Shown: positions 9,368 through 22,028, numbered from the stretch's first letter. The stretch: DNA of 64,000 nucleotides from an uncultured Gemmatimonadales bacterium (GCA_963708135.1 OY970192.1:1920001-1984000), one strand, 5' to 3'. Numbers and translations: made by a program. Notes: generated from the sequence alone by a model not told the origin.

Positions 9368-11762
9368 CGAGCTCCTCCTTCAGGCGGCGCAGCACGCGCT
9401 CGATCGCGCGATCGGCATCCTGGTCGGTGAGCGTGCGGTCCTCCGCGCGCAGGCGAAGGCGGTAGGCGATGCTCCTCTGACCTCGCGGGACGGCGTCGCC
9501 GCGGTAGACATCGAAGACCGCGAGCGCCTCCAGGAGCGGCCCCGCGGCGCGGCGCACGAGGGCCTCCACCTGCTCGGCCGGCAGTGACTGCGGCACCAGG
9601 AGCGCGAGGTCCCGCTCGATGGCGGGGAACGCCGGCAGCGGCCGGAAGCCCGGAACGGGAGGCACGGTCATCGCCCGCGTGAGCTCCAGCTCGAAGCCCC
9701 AGACCGGCTCGGCCCACGCCGGAGCATCGACGGCCGCGGCGTCAATGCGCCCGCCGCGGCCGAGTTCCCGCCCGCCGGCCTCGAGCAGCCGGAAGCCAAG
9801 CTGGCCCAGGAGGGGTCCCGCATGATCCGGGATGCCGGCTTCGATCCGCGTCAGGGCGGCGCCCAGCACGGGGGCGAGCCCCTCGAGCAGCCCCTTCAGG
9901 TCCCAGACGTCGAACGCTTCGGGCGCGCCGGACCAGTGCGGCGGCTGCCGGGCGCCCGTGAAGGCGGCGGCCAGGTGCGTCGCTTCGAGCGGGCGCTCGC
10001 TGCCCGGCGCGAACACGGTGCCCACCTCGAAGAGCCGGATGTCACGCGTGCCGCGGCTGAAGTTGTGCTCCAGGCGCCGCAGCAGCTCCGGGAGCAGCGC
10101 GCGCCGGAGGTGGCTCTCCGCCGTGGACAGCGGGTTCAGCAGGGCGACGTCGCCGTGCGCCTCCGCGGCGAACGCCGCCGTCCGGGACTCCGCGAATCCG
10201 CGGCCGACCATGAACGTGCGGACGCGGTCCTCGAGGAGGGAGAAGGCGTCCTCCGGGACGGCGCTCGGACGGAACGCCCGCAGCTCGTCCGGGAAGCCCT
10301 CGTAGCCGTGGCGGCGGGCGACCTCCTCGATGAGATCGATCTCGCGACGCACGTCGTAGCTCCGGTGTCCCGGAACCCGCACCAGCAGCGCGTCCTGGTC
10401 ACGGGCGTCCGCGACCTCGAAGCCGATCGGCTCGAGCAGCGCGCGGACTGCCGCGGCGTCGAAGGGCAGCCCCAGGACCGTGCCCACTCGCGACGGCCGC
10501 AGCCGGACGTCAACGCGCTCCGCCGGGCGGGGACACACATCCAGCAGAACCGGCTCGGCCTCCCCGCCCGCCACCGCGCCGACGAGCGCGAGGGCCCGCC
10601 GGGCCGCGGCCTCCATCCCGTCGGGATCGACCCCACGCTCGAACCGGTAGCTCGCGTCGGTGCTCAGGCCGAGGAGGCGCCGCCCCGCCCGGACCGTGGC
10701 CGGATCGAACAGCGCACACTCGAGGAACACGTCCGTCGTCTCCGCCGTGACCTCGCTCTCCCTGCCGCCCATGACGCCCGCGACGGCCACGGCGCCCGCG
10801 GCGTCCGCGATCACCAGCACGGAAGGGTCGAGCGCGCGCGTCTCGGCGTCGAGGGTGACGATCCGCTCGCCGGCCCGGGCGCGGCGCACACGCACCTGCG
10901 CGCCGCCCAGGCGGGCGAGGTCGAAGGCGTGCAGCGGCTGGCCGAGCTCGTAGAGCACGTAGTTCGTCGCATCGACAATGTTGTTGATCGGCCGGAGTCC
11001 CACGGCGCGGAGCCGGGATGCCAGCCATTCCGGCGACGGAGCGACACGCACGCCGCGCACGACTCCGGCAATGTAGCGCGGGCAGCCGGCGGCGTCCTCT
11101 ACGGCAACGCGGATCCCGCCGACCACGCCGCCCGAGGGCGTCGACTCGAGGCAAGGCTCGCCGGCGTGGGGATCCGCATCCGGGAACGGCGGCAGCGTGA
11201 GGGCCGCCACGCCGCCGGGCGCCAGCTCGCGAGCGATGCCGAAATGGGAGAGGAGGTCCGGCCGGTTGGGCGTCACGTCCACCTCGATCCGCCAGTCCTC
11301 GAGGCCGAGCGCCTCGACGAGCGGCTCGCCGGGGGTGAACTCGCCGTGGAGCTCCATGATCCCCTCGTGCTCGCGACCGAGGCCCAGCTCGCGGGCGCTG
11401 CAGAGCATTCCACGGCTCTCCTGGCCGCGGATCTTGCGCCGCCCGATCGTGATCCCGCCCGGCAGCGAGGCGCCCACGGGCGCGAAGGGGTAGAACGCCC
11501 CCTCGCGCACGTTCGGCGCGCCGCACACGACCGGGACCATCTCGCCGGTGCCGGCGTCCACCTCGCACAGCGAGAGGCGGTCGGCGTCCGGATGCGGCCG
11601 CGTGGCCAGCACACGCGCCACACGGATCTCGCGCAGCGGCTCACCGAGCGGGACCAGCGCGTCCACCGGCGCGCCATACATGGCCAGGCGTTGCGCCACC
11701 TCCTCCGCAGTATCCGTCAGGTCGGGCGCCAGCGCCCGCAGCCAGCGATAGCTCACGTCCAT
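9348..11762 (-). CDS. pheT: Phenylalanyl-tRNA synthetase beta subunit
   Basis: MDVSYRWL, VCGAPNV, TPNRPDLLS, RFERGVD, RDLA. Confidence 0.97.
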   Translation of the reverse strand: MDVSYRWLRALAPDLTDTAEEVAQRLAMYGAPVDALVPLGEPLREIRVARVLATRPHPDADRLSLCEVDAGTGEMVPVVCGAPNVREGAFYPFAPVGASLPGGITIGRRKIRGQESRGMLCSARELGLGREHEGIMELHGEFTPGEPLVEALGLEDWRIEVDVTPNRPDLLSHFGIARELAPGGVAALTLPPFPDADPHAGEPCLESTPSGGVVGGIRVAVEDAAGCPRYIAGVVRGVRVAPSPEWLASRLRAVGLRPINNIVDATNYVLYELGQPLHAFDLARLGGAQVRVRRARAGERIVTLDAETRALDPSVLVIADAAGAVAVAGVMGGRESEVTAETTDVFLECALFDPATVRAGRRLLGLSTDASYRFERGVDPDGMEAAARRALALVGAVAGGEAEPVLLDVCPRPAERVDVRLRPSRVGTVLGLPFDAAAVRALLEPIGFEVADARDQDALLVRVPGHRSYDVRREIDLIEEVARRHGYEGFPDELRAFRPSAVPEDAFSLLEDRVRTFMVGRGFAESRTAAFAAEAHGDVALLNPLSTAESHLRRALLPELLRRLEHNFSRGTRDIRLFEVGTVFAPGSERPLEATHLAAAFTGARQPPHWSGAPEAFDVWDLKGLLEGLAPVLGAALTRIEAGIPDHAGPLLGQLGFRLLEAGGRELGRGGRIDAAAVDAPAWAEPVWGFELELTRAMTVPPVPGFRPLPAFPAIERDLALLVPQSLPAEQVEALVRRAAGPLLEALAVFDVYRGDAVPRGQRSIAYRLRLRAEDRTLTDQDADRAIERVLRRLKEELGVERRG

Positions 11763-11766
11763 CGGG

Positions 11767-12798
11767 TCAGGCGAACTGCTCGAGGAATCGCATGTCCGAC
11801 TCGTACTCGAGCCGGATGTCCGGGATGCCATAGCGCAGCAGCGCGATCCGGCCGGGTCCCATCCCGAACGCGAAGCCGGTGTAGCGCTCGGGATCGTAGC
11901 CGACGTTCTCGAACACGGCCGGATCCACCATCCCCGCCCCCATGATCTCCACCCAGCCCGTCCCCTTGCACGCGGGGCAGCCGCGCGCGCCGCACAGGAA
12001 GCAGCTGACGTCCACCTCCGCGCTCGGCTCCGTGAACGGGAAGAACGAAGGCCGGAAGCGCACGCGCGCGTCCTCGCCGAACATGCGCCGCGCGAACTCC
12101 GCCAGCGTGGCCTTCAGGTCCACGAACGTGATCCCCGCGTCCACTGCCAGCCCCTCGATCTGCTCGAAGGCCGGCGCGTGCGAGGCGTCGAACGGATCGC
12201 GCCGGTACGCCATTCCCGGGACCACCACCCGGATCGGCGGCGCGTACGCCTCCATGGTCCGGATCTGCACCGGCGAGGTATGGCTGCGCAGCAGGAGCCC
12301 CTCGGCCAGATAGAACGTGTCGTGCATGTCCGTCGCCGGGTGGTCCAGCGGCGTGTTCAGCGCCACGAAATTGTACCAGTCCGTCTCCGCCTCCGGGCCG
12401 CGCACGCGTGTGAAGCCGAGCGAGCGGAAGATATCGCAGATCTCGTCGATCACGAGCGTCACGGGGTGGCGCACGCCCCGCCACGAGGGCCGCCCCGGAA
12501 GCGTCAGGTCCAGGTCGGCTCCCGCCGCCCCCGCGCCCCCGTCCGCGAGCGCCGCCGTGCGTGCCTCGAGCAGCGCCGTGATCGCCTCCTTCACCCGGTT
12601 CGCCGCCGCGCCCACGGCCGGCTTCTCCTCCGGCGGGAGTGCGCCCAGCCCGCGCATGATGCGCGTGAGCCGGCCTTCCTTTCGTCCCAGCAGCGAAACC
12701 CGGAGCGCCTCCAGCGCGGCAGCATCCTCGGCCGCGCCCGCCGCCTCCCGCGCCTCCCCCTCGAGCGCCTCCAGGTCCCGGATCAGATCGTTCGCCAT
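11767..12798 (-). CDS. pheS: Phenylalanyl-tRNA synthetase alpha subunit
   Basis: LLRSHTSPVQ, FRPSFFPFTEPS, GFAFGMG. Confidence 0.97.
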   Translation of the reverse strand: MANDLIRDLEALEGEAREAAGAAEDAAALEALRVSLLGRKEGRLTRIMRGLGALPPEEKPAVGAAANRVKEAITALLEARTAALADGGAGAAGADLDLTLPGRPSWRGVRHPVTLVIDEICDIFRSLGFTRVRGPEAETDWYNFVALNTPLDHPATDMHDTFYLAEGLLLRSHTSPVQIRTMEAYAPPIRVVVPGMAYRRDPFDASHAPAFEQIEGLAVDAGITFVDLKATLAEFARRMFGEDARVRFRPSFFPFTEPSAEVDVSCFLCGARGCPACKGTGWVEIMGAGMVDPAVFENVGYDPERYTGFAFGMGPGRIALLRYGIPDIRLEYESDMRFLEQFA

Positions 12799-12842
12799 TC
12801 GTGCCGCTTTATGGGGGTTTTCAGGTACGTCCCAGGATGCGT

Positions 12843-12888
12843 TTGCACCCACCCGGACGAAACTAGCCGATCGTCCGAATGGGTGCAA
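12843..12888. repeat. 18-bp inverted repeat containing a TTGCAC-17-TAGTTT promoter-like pair (minus) upstream of pheS
   Basis: ttgcacccacccggacga-N10-tcgtccgaatgggtgcaa; both mismatches are G-U pairs in minus-strand RNA. Confidence 0.7.
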
Positions 12889-12942
12889 TTCACCGCGTTT
12901 CCTGCCGCCGCGCGTCCGCGCGCGGCGCGCCCGGCGGCGGAG

Positions 12943-13299
12943 CTACTCCAGCGCCGCCTTGACGCGCTCCACCAGCGCCGCGAACGCCGCCGGCTCACGC
13001 ACGGCCAGGTCCGCCAGCACCTTCCGGTTCACCTCGATACCCGCCCGCTTCATGCCCTCCATAAAGCGCGAGTAGCTGAGGTCGTGCGTGCGCGCCGCCG
13101 CGTTGATGCGCGTGATCCAGAGGCGGCGGAAATCCCGCTTGCGCTGCTTGCGATCCCGGTAGGAATACTGCCAGCCCCGCTCCACCGCGTTCTTGGCGAT
13201 CCGCCAGAGCTTGGAGCGACCCCCGAAGTACCCCCGCGCGGCGCGCAGGATCTTCTTCTTCTTCCTGTGGCGCGGGACCGCCGTCGTGGTGCGTGCCAT
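12943..13299 (-). CDS. rplT: 50S ribosomal protein L20
   Basis: [21 protein letters not shown]. Confidence 0.98.
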   Translation of the reverse strand: MARTTTAVPRHRKKKKILRAARGYFGGRSKLWRIAKNAVERGWQYSYRDRKQRKRDFRRLWITRINAAARTHDLSYSRFMEGMKRAGIEVNRKVLADLAVREPAAFAALVERVKAALE

Positions 13300-13302
13300 G
13301 GC

Positions 13303-13503
13303 TCAGCCTCCCATCCCGAGCATCTTGCGGACCCGGGCGGCATCGGGCTTCGAGCACATCTCGGCCTTGCGCAGGTGCCGCTTCCGCTTCTGCGACTTCT
13401 TCGTGAGGATGTGGCTCTTGTTCGCGTGCCCGCGCTTCACCCGCCCCGAGCCGGTGACCTTGAAGCGCTTGGCCGCGCTCTTGCTCGTCTTCATCTTCGG
13501 CAT
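13303..13503 (-). CDS. rpmI: 50S ribosomal protein L35
   Basis: [20 protein letters not shown]. Confidence 0.98.
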   Translation of the reverse strand: MPKMKTSKSAAKRFKVTGSGRVKRGHANKSHILTKKSQKRKRHLRKAEMCSKPDAARVRKMLGMGG

Positions 13504-13517
13504 GCTCGCCTCCCCCG

Positions 13518-14051
<534 letters not shown>

Positions 14052-14079
14052 GGTTCTCGTCTCCCGAAAGAAGGCAATG

Positions 14080-14103
14080 AAAAAAGGCCCGCGCCGCGGG
14101 CCT
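14080..14103 (-). terminator. Intrinsic terminator within infC leader
   Basis: AGGCCCG-cggcg-CGGGCCU followed by U-run. Confidence 0.8.
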
Positions 14104-14225
14104 CGAACGTCGCGCGCCGCCTGCCCCGCGCCTGCGGGTGCCCGGCGGCCCGTCTCGAGAACCCGGCGGTACCGCGACCGCGGACCGAAGGGTGGGGAGT
14201 CAGGTGCTCCCACTTCCTCAGTTTT
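14080..14225 (-). ncRNA. Ribosomal protein L20 leader (attenuator)
   Basis: Begins AAGUGGGAGCACCUGACUCCCCACC, like the L20-leader 5' motif as I recall it; ends in terminator; upstream of infC-rpmI-rplT. Confidence 0.7.
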
Positions 14226-14233
14226 CGCCGCGA

Positions 14234-14262
14234 AAGCTACCGGTGCGGACGGCCTCTGTCAA
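14234..14262 (-). promoter_or_regulatory. infC operon promoter TTGACA-17-TAGCTT
   Basis: Consensus -35, 17-bp spacer. Confidence 0.75.
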
Positions 14263-14302
14263 CCGGGCATCCCCCACCGTCGCACCCGCGCAGAGCGGGA
14301 GG

Positions 14303-16218
14303 TCAATTGAAGAACTGCCACTTGATCCCGTAGACCATGCGTGGCCCCGGGATCTCGGTGTCGGGGATGTCGTAGACGCCCTTGCTGTGCATTGCATCCT
14401 CGTAGCGGACAAACGCGCGCAGGTCGAGGATGCGGATCTGGAGGTAGAAGTCCAGGGCGTTGACCTCCGGGACCTGGACCACCGGGATGCTGTCGGCCTG
14501 CGGCACGTTCATGAGGCCGCGCGAGCGATACTCCGCCCGGGCCAGGATCTCCAGGTGCCCGCTCGGCAGCGGCTCGCCGTGATAGGCGAGCGCCGCGCGC
14601 CAGGAGCGCTGAGGCGTGTAGAGGGCGAGGAAGCCGCTCGTCCAGTTCGTGAAGGAGCCGTCCAGGTAGAAGGGCGTCCCGAAGAGCGGCACGAACGCAT
14701 GGCCTTCCCAGCCCGACAGCTTGCCCGCGACCACCGGCCCGAGCCGCCGGTCGAAGGGCAGCCCGAACCCCGGAACCGAGTCCTCCTGCAGCGTCACGTA
14801 TGCGGCGCCGGCGGCGATGCCATGCCAGGCCAGCTCCCCGCCCACCCTCAAGGCGGTGCGGTGGCTGAAGCGCGCTAGCCCCGCCGTGTCCGCCGCGGCG
14901 GGGATGCCGCGGTCGCCGGACGCGTACTCCGCGACGGCGCGGATGCCGGCGAAGGGGCCGACTTCACCGTGGAGATCGGACGAGACCGCACTGCGTCCGC
15001 GCCAGTCGGCCCGGTCAACCGTTCCGGACACCGAGAGCAAGCGCACGGGCGAGATCCCGCCGCCGAGGTCGAGCTCCGACTTCGGCAGCACGTCGCTGGT
15101 ATGCAGGCGGAGCTCGGCGCGCGCCCAGCCACGCTCGCCGGCCCAGGCCAGCCAGGCACCGGACTGCCGGTCGGAGCGCTCGATCGGGAACGTGTCGAGC
15201 GCCGCCGTGTCGACGGCCAGCGTGCTGTCGGGCAGGAGCGCGGTGTCGGGCGGCAGCGTGGTGTCCGGGGGCAGCGGCGGCTCGGTGACGGACGTCGCGC
15301 CGGTGTACAGCTCGGCCACCAGGCCGGGCCGCAGCTCGTCGCGCGCCCGGATCGTCCAGTCGGTCCGGTCCAGGGTGCCGACCCACGGCACGCCATCGGT
15401 GCGCTCGAAATGGCCGCGGCGCAGCTCGGCCTCGATGCCGCGGCCCTTGCGGAGGATGCCCCACTTGGCCCAGCCCTCGAACCAGTTGACCGGCTCGTTG
15501 CGATGGGTGCCATCCGTGTCCAGCCGCTCGATGCCGCCCGAGAACGGGCCGAGCAGAAAGTGCGGCGTCAGGAAGATGCCGCGGAAGAGCTTGGTGTTGG
15601 GGACGCCGACGGCGGCCTCGATGCGCGCGTAGCTCTGCGGCGTCGCCGGCGCGGTGCTCTGCAGATCCACCCGCAGCACGTCCAGCCGGCGTTCGACCCG
15701 CACGCTCTCGATGCCCACGAGCGGCAGACGGGAGAGATCCGGCACGCCGGAGGTCAGCGGCTCGAGCTGGTATCCGTCGAGGTAGATCTCGATCCGCCCG
15801 GCCGTCTCGCCCAGCGACGACACGGCCTCCGGCTGTCCGTACCAGCCCGACCGGATGGTCGTGACGCCGGGAATCCGCTCCAGCAGATCGCCGAGGGTCA
15901 CCGCGCCGGTCAGCAGCAGATCGTCGCGGCGCCAGAGCCAGACGCCCGCGCCCCAGCCGGTCCGCGCCGGGGTGGGCATGGACGGCAGCAGAGGCGGCGG
16001 CACCGTGTCGGCGGCCGCCCTGGACGTGTCCGGGCGCGCGGCTCCGGTGTCCGCGGCCACGCGCGCGGTATCCCGCTTCACGGCGGTCGTGTCCTGCGCG
16101 CGGGCCGGGCGCGGCGCGCAGAACGCGAGCCCTCCCGCCAGGAGCAACGAGAGCGGGAGGGCCGCAAAAACGCCCCCGCGTCGCCGCTGGGGGCGTTGGC
16201 CCGCTTCGTGGAGCCGCA

Positions 16219-16219
<1 letters not shown>
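14303..16219 (-). CDS. Outer-membrane beta-barrel protein with N-terminal TonB-plug-like domain
   Basis: Signal peptide, LGDLLERIPGV..IYLDG plug-like segment, amphipathic strands, C-terminal YGIKWQFFN. Confidence 0.7.
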
Positions 16220-17736
<1,517 letters not shown>

Positions 17737-17753
17737 GTCCCCCCGCTCCGATC

Positions 17754-18974
17754 CTACATGTTCTCCACGATCCGCTCCGCGAAGCCGGAGGTGGATACCA
17801 ATGTGGCACCCTCCATCTGCCGCTCGAGATCGTAGGTGACGGTTCGGTCGGCGATGGCGCGCTCCAGCCCCCGCACCACCAGGCGCGCGGCGTCGTCCCA
17901 CCCGAGGTGCTCGAGCATCATCACGCCCGACAGGATGAGCGAGCCGGGATTCACCTTGTCCTGGTTGGCGTACTTCGGCGCGGTCCCGTGCGTCGCCTCG
18001 AAGACCGCGACCTCCTCGCCCACGTTCGCGCCCGGTGCCATTCCCAGCCCGCCGACCTGCGCGGCCGCGGCATCGGAGAGATAGTCGCCGTTCAGGTTCG
18101 GCGTCGCGAGCACCGAATACTCGTCCGGCCGCAGCAGCAGCTGCTGGAACATGGCGTCCGCGATGCGGTCCTTCACGACCAGCTTCCCGGCTGCCGCCTC
18201 GCCCTCCTTCACCGTGCGGTCGCCGAACTCCCGCGCGGCGACCTCGTAGCCCCAGTCGCGGAACGCGCCCTCCGTATATTTCATGATGTTGCCCTTGTGC
18301 ACGAGCGTCACGGACGGACGTCCCCGCTGCAAGGCGTAGCGGACGGCGGCCGCGACGAGCCGCTTCGAGCCGAACTCGCTCATCGGCTTGATCCCGATGG
18401 CGCTGCCCTCGCGGATGTTCGCGCCGAGCTGCTCCACGAGGAAGTCGCGCACGCGCGCCGCCTGCTCCGAGCCGGCCTGCCACTCGATCCCCGCGTACAC
18501 GTCCTCTGTGTTCTCGCGGAAGATCACCACGTCCAGCTTCTCCGGCTCCTTCATGGGGGAGGGCACGCCCGGGATGTAGCGCACGGGCCTGATGCACGCG
18601 TACAGGTCGAGCACCTGGCGCAGCGTCACGTTCAACGAGCGAATGCCGCCGCCGACCGGCGTCGTCAGCGGTCCCTTGATCCCGACCTTGAACTCCTGCA
18701 GCGCCGCCAGCGTCTCCTCCGGCAGCCATTCCCCCGTGACCCGGACGGCCTGCTCGCCCGCGTACACCTTCATCCAGACGATCCCGCGCTCTCCCTCGAA
18801 GGCCTTCTCGACCGCGGCATCGAGCACCCGGCGCGTGGCGCGCCAGATGTCGGGGCCCGTGCCATCGCCCTCGATGAAGGGAAGGATCGGGCGATCGGGG
18901 ACGCTCAGCTCACCGGCGCGCGCCTCGATGCGCTCGCCGCCCTCCGGCACCTTCGCGTGCACGTACTCTGACAT
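17754..18974 (-). CDS. icd: NADP-dependent isocitrate dehydrogenase
   Basis: [42 protein letters not shown]. Confidence 0.96.
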   Translation of the reverse strand: MSEYVHAKVPEGGERIEARAGELSVPDRPILPFIEGDGTGPDIWRATRRVLDAAVEKAFEGERGIVWMKVYAGEQAVRVTGEWLPEETLAALQEFKVGIKGPLTTPVGGGIRSLNVTLRQVLDLYACIRPVRYIPGVPSPMKEPEKLDVVIFRENTEDVYAGIEWQAGSEQAARVRDFLVEQLGANIREGSAIGIKPMSEFGSKRLVAAAVRYALQRGRPSVTLVHKGNIMKYTEGAFRDWGYEVAAREFGDRTVKEGEAAAGKLVVKDRIADAMFQQLLLRPDEYSVLATPNLNGDYLSDAAAAQVGGLGMAPGANVGEEVAVFEATHGTAPKYANQDKVNPGSLILSGVMMLEHLGWDDAARLVVRGLERAIADRTVTYDLERQMEGATLVSTSGFAERIVENM

Positions 18975-18980
18975 GAGACC

Positions 18981-20114
18981 TCAACCCCGCTCCTCGAGCG
19001 GCGTGACGTGGCGGTTTTCCGGCCCCGTGTACTCGGACTGGGGCCGAATCAGTCGATTGTCCGCGAACTGTTCCATCACGTGCGCCGTCCAGCCCGCCGC
19101 ACGCGCGCACGCAAAGAGGTTCGTGAACAGGTCCATCGGAATGCCCAGCGTGTAGTAGACCGACGCGCTGAAGAAATCCACGTTCGGATAGATCTGCTTC
19201 CCCTTCGCCTCCATCTCCTCCCCCACCGTCCGCTGGATCTCCTCCGAGATCCGCAGCCAGCGCGTGTCACCCGCGCTGGACGCCAGCTCCTCGGCCAGCT
19301 TCTTCAGGATCGGCGCGCGCGGATCCAGCACCCGGTACACGCGGTGCCCGAATCCCATCACCTTCTCGCCCCGCTCAAGCGCTCCGCGCACCCAGGCGCC
19401 CGCCTGCTCCGGCTCGCCCACCGCCAGGAGCATCGCCATCACCCTCTCGTTCGCGCCCCCGTGCAGCGGGCCCTTCAGCGTACCGATCGCCGACGTCACG
19501 GCGGAATGCATGTCCGACAGCGTGGCGGCCGTCACCCGCGCGGCGAACGTCGATGCGTTCATCCCGTGCTCGGCGTGCAGCGTGAGCGCGGTGTCGATGA
19601 TCCGTACGGCCAGCTCGTCCGGCTGCTGCCCCCGCAGCATGTAGAGAAAGTTGCCCGCCAGCGTGAGCCCCGGCCGCGGCTCCAGCGGCTCCCGGCCGTT
19701 CCGGATCCGGTCAAGCGCGGCCGTGATCGTGAAGAGCTGCGCCGTGATCCGGACCGCCTTCCGCAGGTTCGCCTCCGCCGTGGACTCCTCCGCATCCGGA
19801 TCGAAGAACCCGAGCGCGGACGCCGCCGTGCGCAGTATCGTCATCGGGTGGGTGCCCTCTGGCGCGAGCCGAACGACCGCGAGCACCCGCTCATCCGGCG
19901 CCGCCGCCGAGCGCAGCTCCTCCCGCAGCGATTCGAGCTGCTTGCGCGTGGGCAGCTCCCCGTGCCACAGCAGATGGCACGTCTCCTCGAAGCTCACCCG
20001 CCCCGCCAGCTCCTCGATCGCGTACCCCGCGTAGCTCAACCGCCCCTCGGCGCCGCCGACCTGGCTCAGGGCCGTTCTCGCGGCGACGATGCCCTCCAGA
20101 CCTCGACTCGCCAT
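18981..20114 (-). CDS. gltA: Citrate synthase / 2-methylcitrate synthase (short type)
   Basis: HAEHGMNASTF, GPLHGGAN, MGFGHRVY, YPNVDF. Confidence 0.9.
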   Translation of the reverse strand: MASRGLEGIVAARTALSQVGGAEGRLSYAGYAIEELAGRVSFEETCHLLWHGELPTRKQLESLREELRSAAAPDERVLAVVRLAPEGTHPMTILRTAASALGFFDPDAEESTAEANLRKAVRITAQLFTITAALDRIRNGREPLEPRPGLTLAGNFLYMLRGQQPDELAVRIIDTALTLHAEHGMNASTFAARVTAATLSDMHSAVTSAIGTLKGPLHGGANERVMAMLLAVGEPEQAGAWVRGALERGEKVMGFGHRVYRVLDPRAPILKKLAEELASSAGDTRWLRISEEIQRTVGEEMEAKGKQIYPNVDFFSASVYYTLGIPMDLFTNLFACARAAGWTAHVMEQFADNRLIRPQSEYTGPENRHVTPLEERG

Positions 20115-20258
20115 GTACGCTTCCTCCCGGGGACGAAAAGCAGTGCCGCGGCCGGCCGGACCCCACCCCCTGATGCACGCGCGGGGCCGACATCCCCCGC
20201 CAAACGTGCGAGGAGCCAGCCCCGCTGGAGGCGGGCGAAAACACGCGGCCAGAGCCCG

Positions 20259-20287
20259 AGTATAGCGGCGGGTCCTGAGCGATGCAA
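20259..20287 (-). promoter_or_regulatory. gltA-icd-pepA promoter TTGCAT-17-TATACT
   Basis: Near-consensus hexamers. Confidence 0.65.
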
Positions 20288-20486
20288 GGGACCGTGGCGG
20301 CCCGGTTTTACGCCGTTTTCGGCACCCCCACCCGAGCTCGCCGCGCGCCGAGTTTCGGCCCGATTGCGGGCCGCCAGCGCGCCCGCCGGGAGCCTGCGTC
20401 GGCACCGGGAATCGGCGCGCGCGCCACGGTGTCGCTCGCCCGCGCGCTGGCCCGCGTTCGGGCGCTCCCGTGGGTGCACCGCGCGC

Positions 20487-20515
20487 TTGCCGCTCCGGCT
20501 CTGCGCGCCTAGATT
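20487..20515 (+). promoter_or_regulatory. Promoter TTGCCG-17-TAGATT
   Basis: Hexamers read directly, divergent from gltA. Confidence 0.55.
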
Positions 20516-20517
20516 AG

Positions 20518-20598
20518 AAGCGGAATCGCTTGCGCTTGCCGACCGAGCGCGGCGAGGGCCCCGCCGCCCAGCGGAATGCTGCGCGCCGGGGCTTTTTT
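20518..20598 (+). ncRNA. Candidate small RNA or attenuating leader (three hairpins, U-tract)
   Basis: AAGCG-gaat-CGCTT; GCGCTTG-ccgac-CGAGCGC; GCCCCG..CAGC-ggaat-GCTG..CGGGGC-TTTTTT. Confidence 0.5.
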
Positions 20599-20672
20599 CT
20601 TGCAGGCTCGATCGCCCCGGGGACGACCGTCCCCGATCGAAGCAGCGTTCTTCCGAGGCAGAGGAGAAGCCG

Positions 20673-20972
20673 ATGTCGACCGCGCATGCCTCGCGACCCA
20701 CCCGCAGCCTGGCCGCGGTAGAGACGGGAGAGCGGATCGAGATCCGCAGGATCCTGTTCGGCGCGCTGCGCACGCTGTGCGACGACCTCGGACTGCATGA
20801 AGGCGAGGTGGTCCGGTGCCGGGCGTGCACGCCGTCGCACGTGCTGATGGAGACGACGGAAGGGCGGACGATCTCGCTCGAGCGGGACTGGGCCCGGTTC
20901 ATTCAGGTCGCGCCGCCGCACGAGAGCCGTCCCGCCCGCCTGCGGAATCGGCCGGCGCCGCTTCCCGGCTGA
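20673..20972 (+). CDS. FeoA-like (SH3-like) small protein
   Basis: SLAAVETGERIEIRRI..LCDDLGLHEGEVV..ISLERDWARFIQV; GAGGAG RBS. Confidence 0.65.
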   Translation: MSTAHASRPTRSLAAVETGERIEIRRILFGALRTLCDDLGLHEGEVVRCRACTPSHVLMETTEGRTISLERDWARFIQVAPPHESRPARLRNRPAPLPG

Positions 20973-21190
20973 CCTGCCGCCGCCCCGCGATCCTGCCGAT
21001 CGCCGCACGACGCCGCGAGCCCGCGCACGTCGCTCGCTGGCAGGGCCGCCACACGGGTGGGACGAAGGGTCGGGGCGATCTGGCGCGGGCGCATGGCAGG
21101 GCGCCCACCTCTTCCCTCGCAATCCATCACAACAACAGTCTTCGCAACGAGATACGGGCGCCGCTCCGGAAGCGCTGAACGGCCGGGTCC

Positions 21191-21205
21191 GGGCACGGAT
21201 TACGC
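21191..21205 (+). promoter_or_regulatory. Possible sigma54 promoter (GG-N10-GC)
   Basis: GGGCACGGATTACGC versus TGGCACGNNNNTTGC. Confidence 0.3.
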
Positions 21206-21276
21206 CCCGCAGCTGTCGTGGCCCGCGTGACAGTGAATGCACCCGGGCAGCCCCCTCCCCGGACACGAGGACGACC

Positions 21277-21954
21277 ATGAAGACCGCACTCGAGCTGCAG
21301 CGGGACGTGCTGGACGAGCTGGACTGGGAGCCGAGCGTCGAGGCGGCCGAGGTCGGCGTGACGGTGATCGAGGGTGTCGTGACACTGGTGGGCGCGGTGT
21401 CGAGCTTCGCGGAGAAGCGGGCGGCCGAAGGGGCCGTCAAGCGGGTGGCGGGCGTGCGTGCGGTGGCGAACGATCTCCGGGTTCGGCTGCCGAGCGGGGC
21501 CGAGCGAACGGACACGGACATAGCGCAGGCGGCGCTCAAGGCGCTGGAATGGACCGTGACCGTGCCGCGGGAGCGGATCATCGTGAGCGTGCAGGAGGGG
21601 TGGATCACCCTGGAAGGCGACGTGGAGCGGCAGTTCCAGCGGGAAGCCGCGGCGAGCGCGGTGCGGGACCTGATCGGCGTGAAGGGCGTCACGAACCGGA
21701 TCGAGGTGAAGCCCGCGGCATTCACGCGCGAGATCCAGGGCCGGATCGAGGAGGCGCTCCGTCGCAGCGCCGAGGTGGACGCGCGCAGGGTCCGGGTGGA
21801 GGCGGAGCGAGGGCGGGTGGTGCTGCGCGGCACCGTTTCGTCGTGGACCGAGAAGGAGGCTGCAGAGCGCGCGGCGTGGGCCGCGCCGGGCGTGGTCCGG
21901 GTGGAGAACGCGGTGGAGGTGGAGGCCGCGCCTCCAGGCCTGGTCCTGGCCTGA
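21277..21954 (+). CDS. Triple BON-domain (OsmY-like) protein
   Basis: Three repeats of V.V..G.VTL.G.V....KEAA..AA..V.GV..V.N. Confidence 0.92.
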   Translation: MKTALELQRDVLDELDWEPSVEAAEVGVTVIEGVVTLVGAVSSFAEKRAAEGAVKRVAGVRAVANDLRVRLPSGAERTDTDIAQAALKALEWTVTVPRERIIVSVQEGWITLEGDVERQFQREAAASAVRDLIGVKGVTNRIEVKPAAFTREIQGRIEEALRRSAEVDARRVRVEAERGRVVLRGTVSSWTEKEAAERAAWAAPGVVRVENAVEVEAAPPGLVLA

Positions 21955-22028
21955 CGGGACCCGCGCGGCAAGGGGCGGCGTGACAGCCAGTCCGCCGCTC
22001 GATGAGACCTACCAAGGGGAGGTCGAAA

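Noticed and set aside
20115..20252. Riboswitch in the ~140-nt gltA leader
   Set aside because: No recognisable aptamer or terminator; GC-rich pairing is expected by chance
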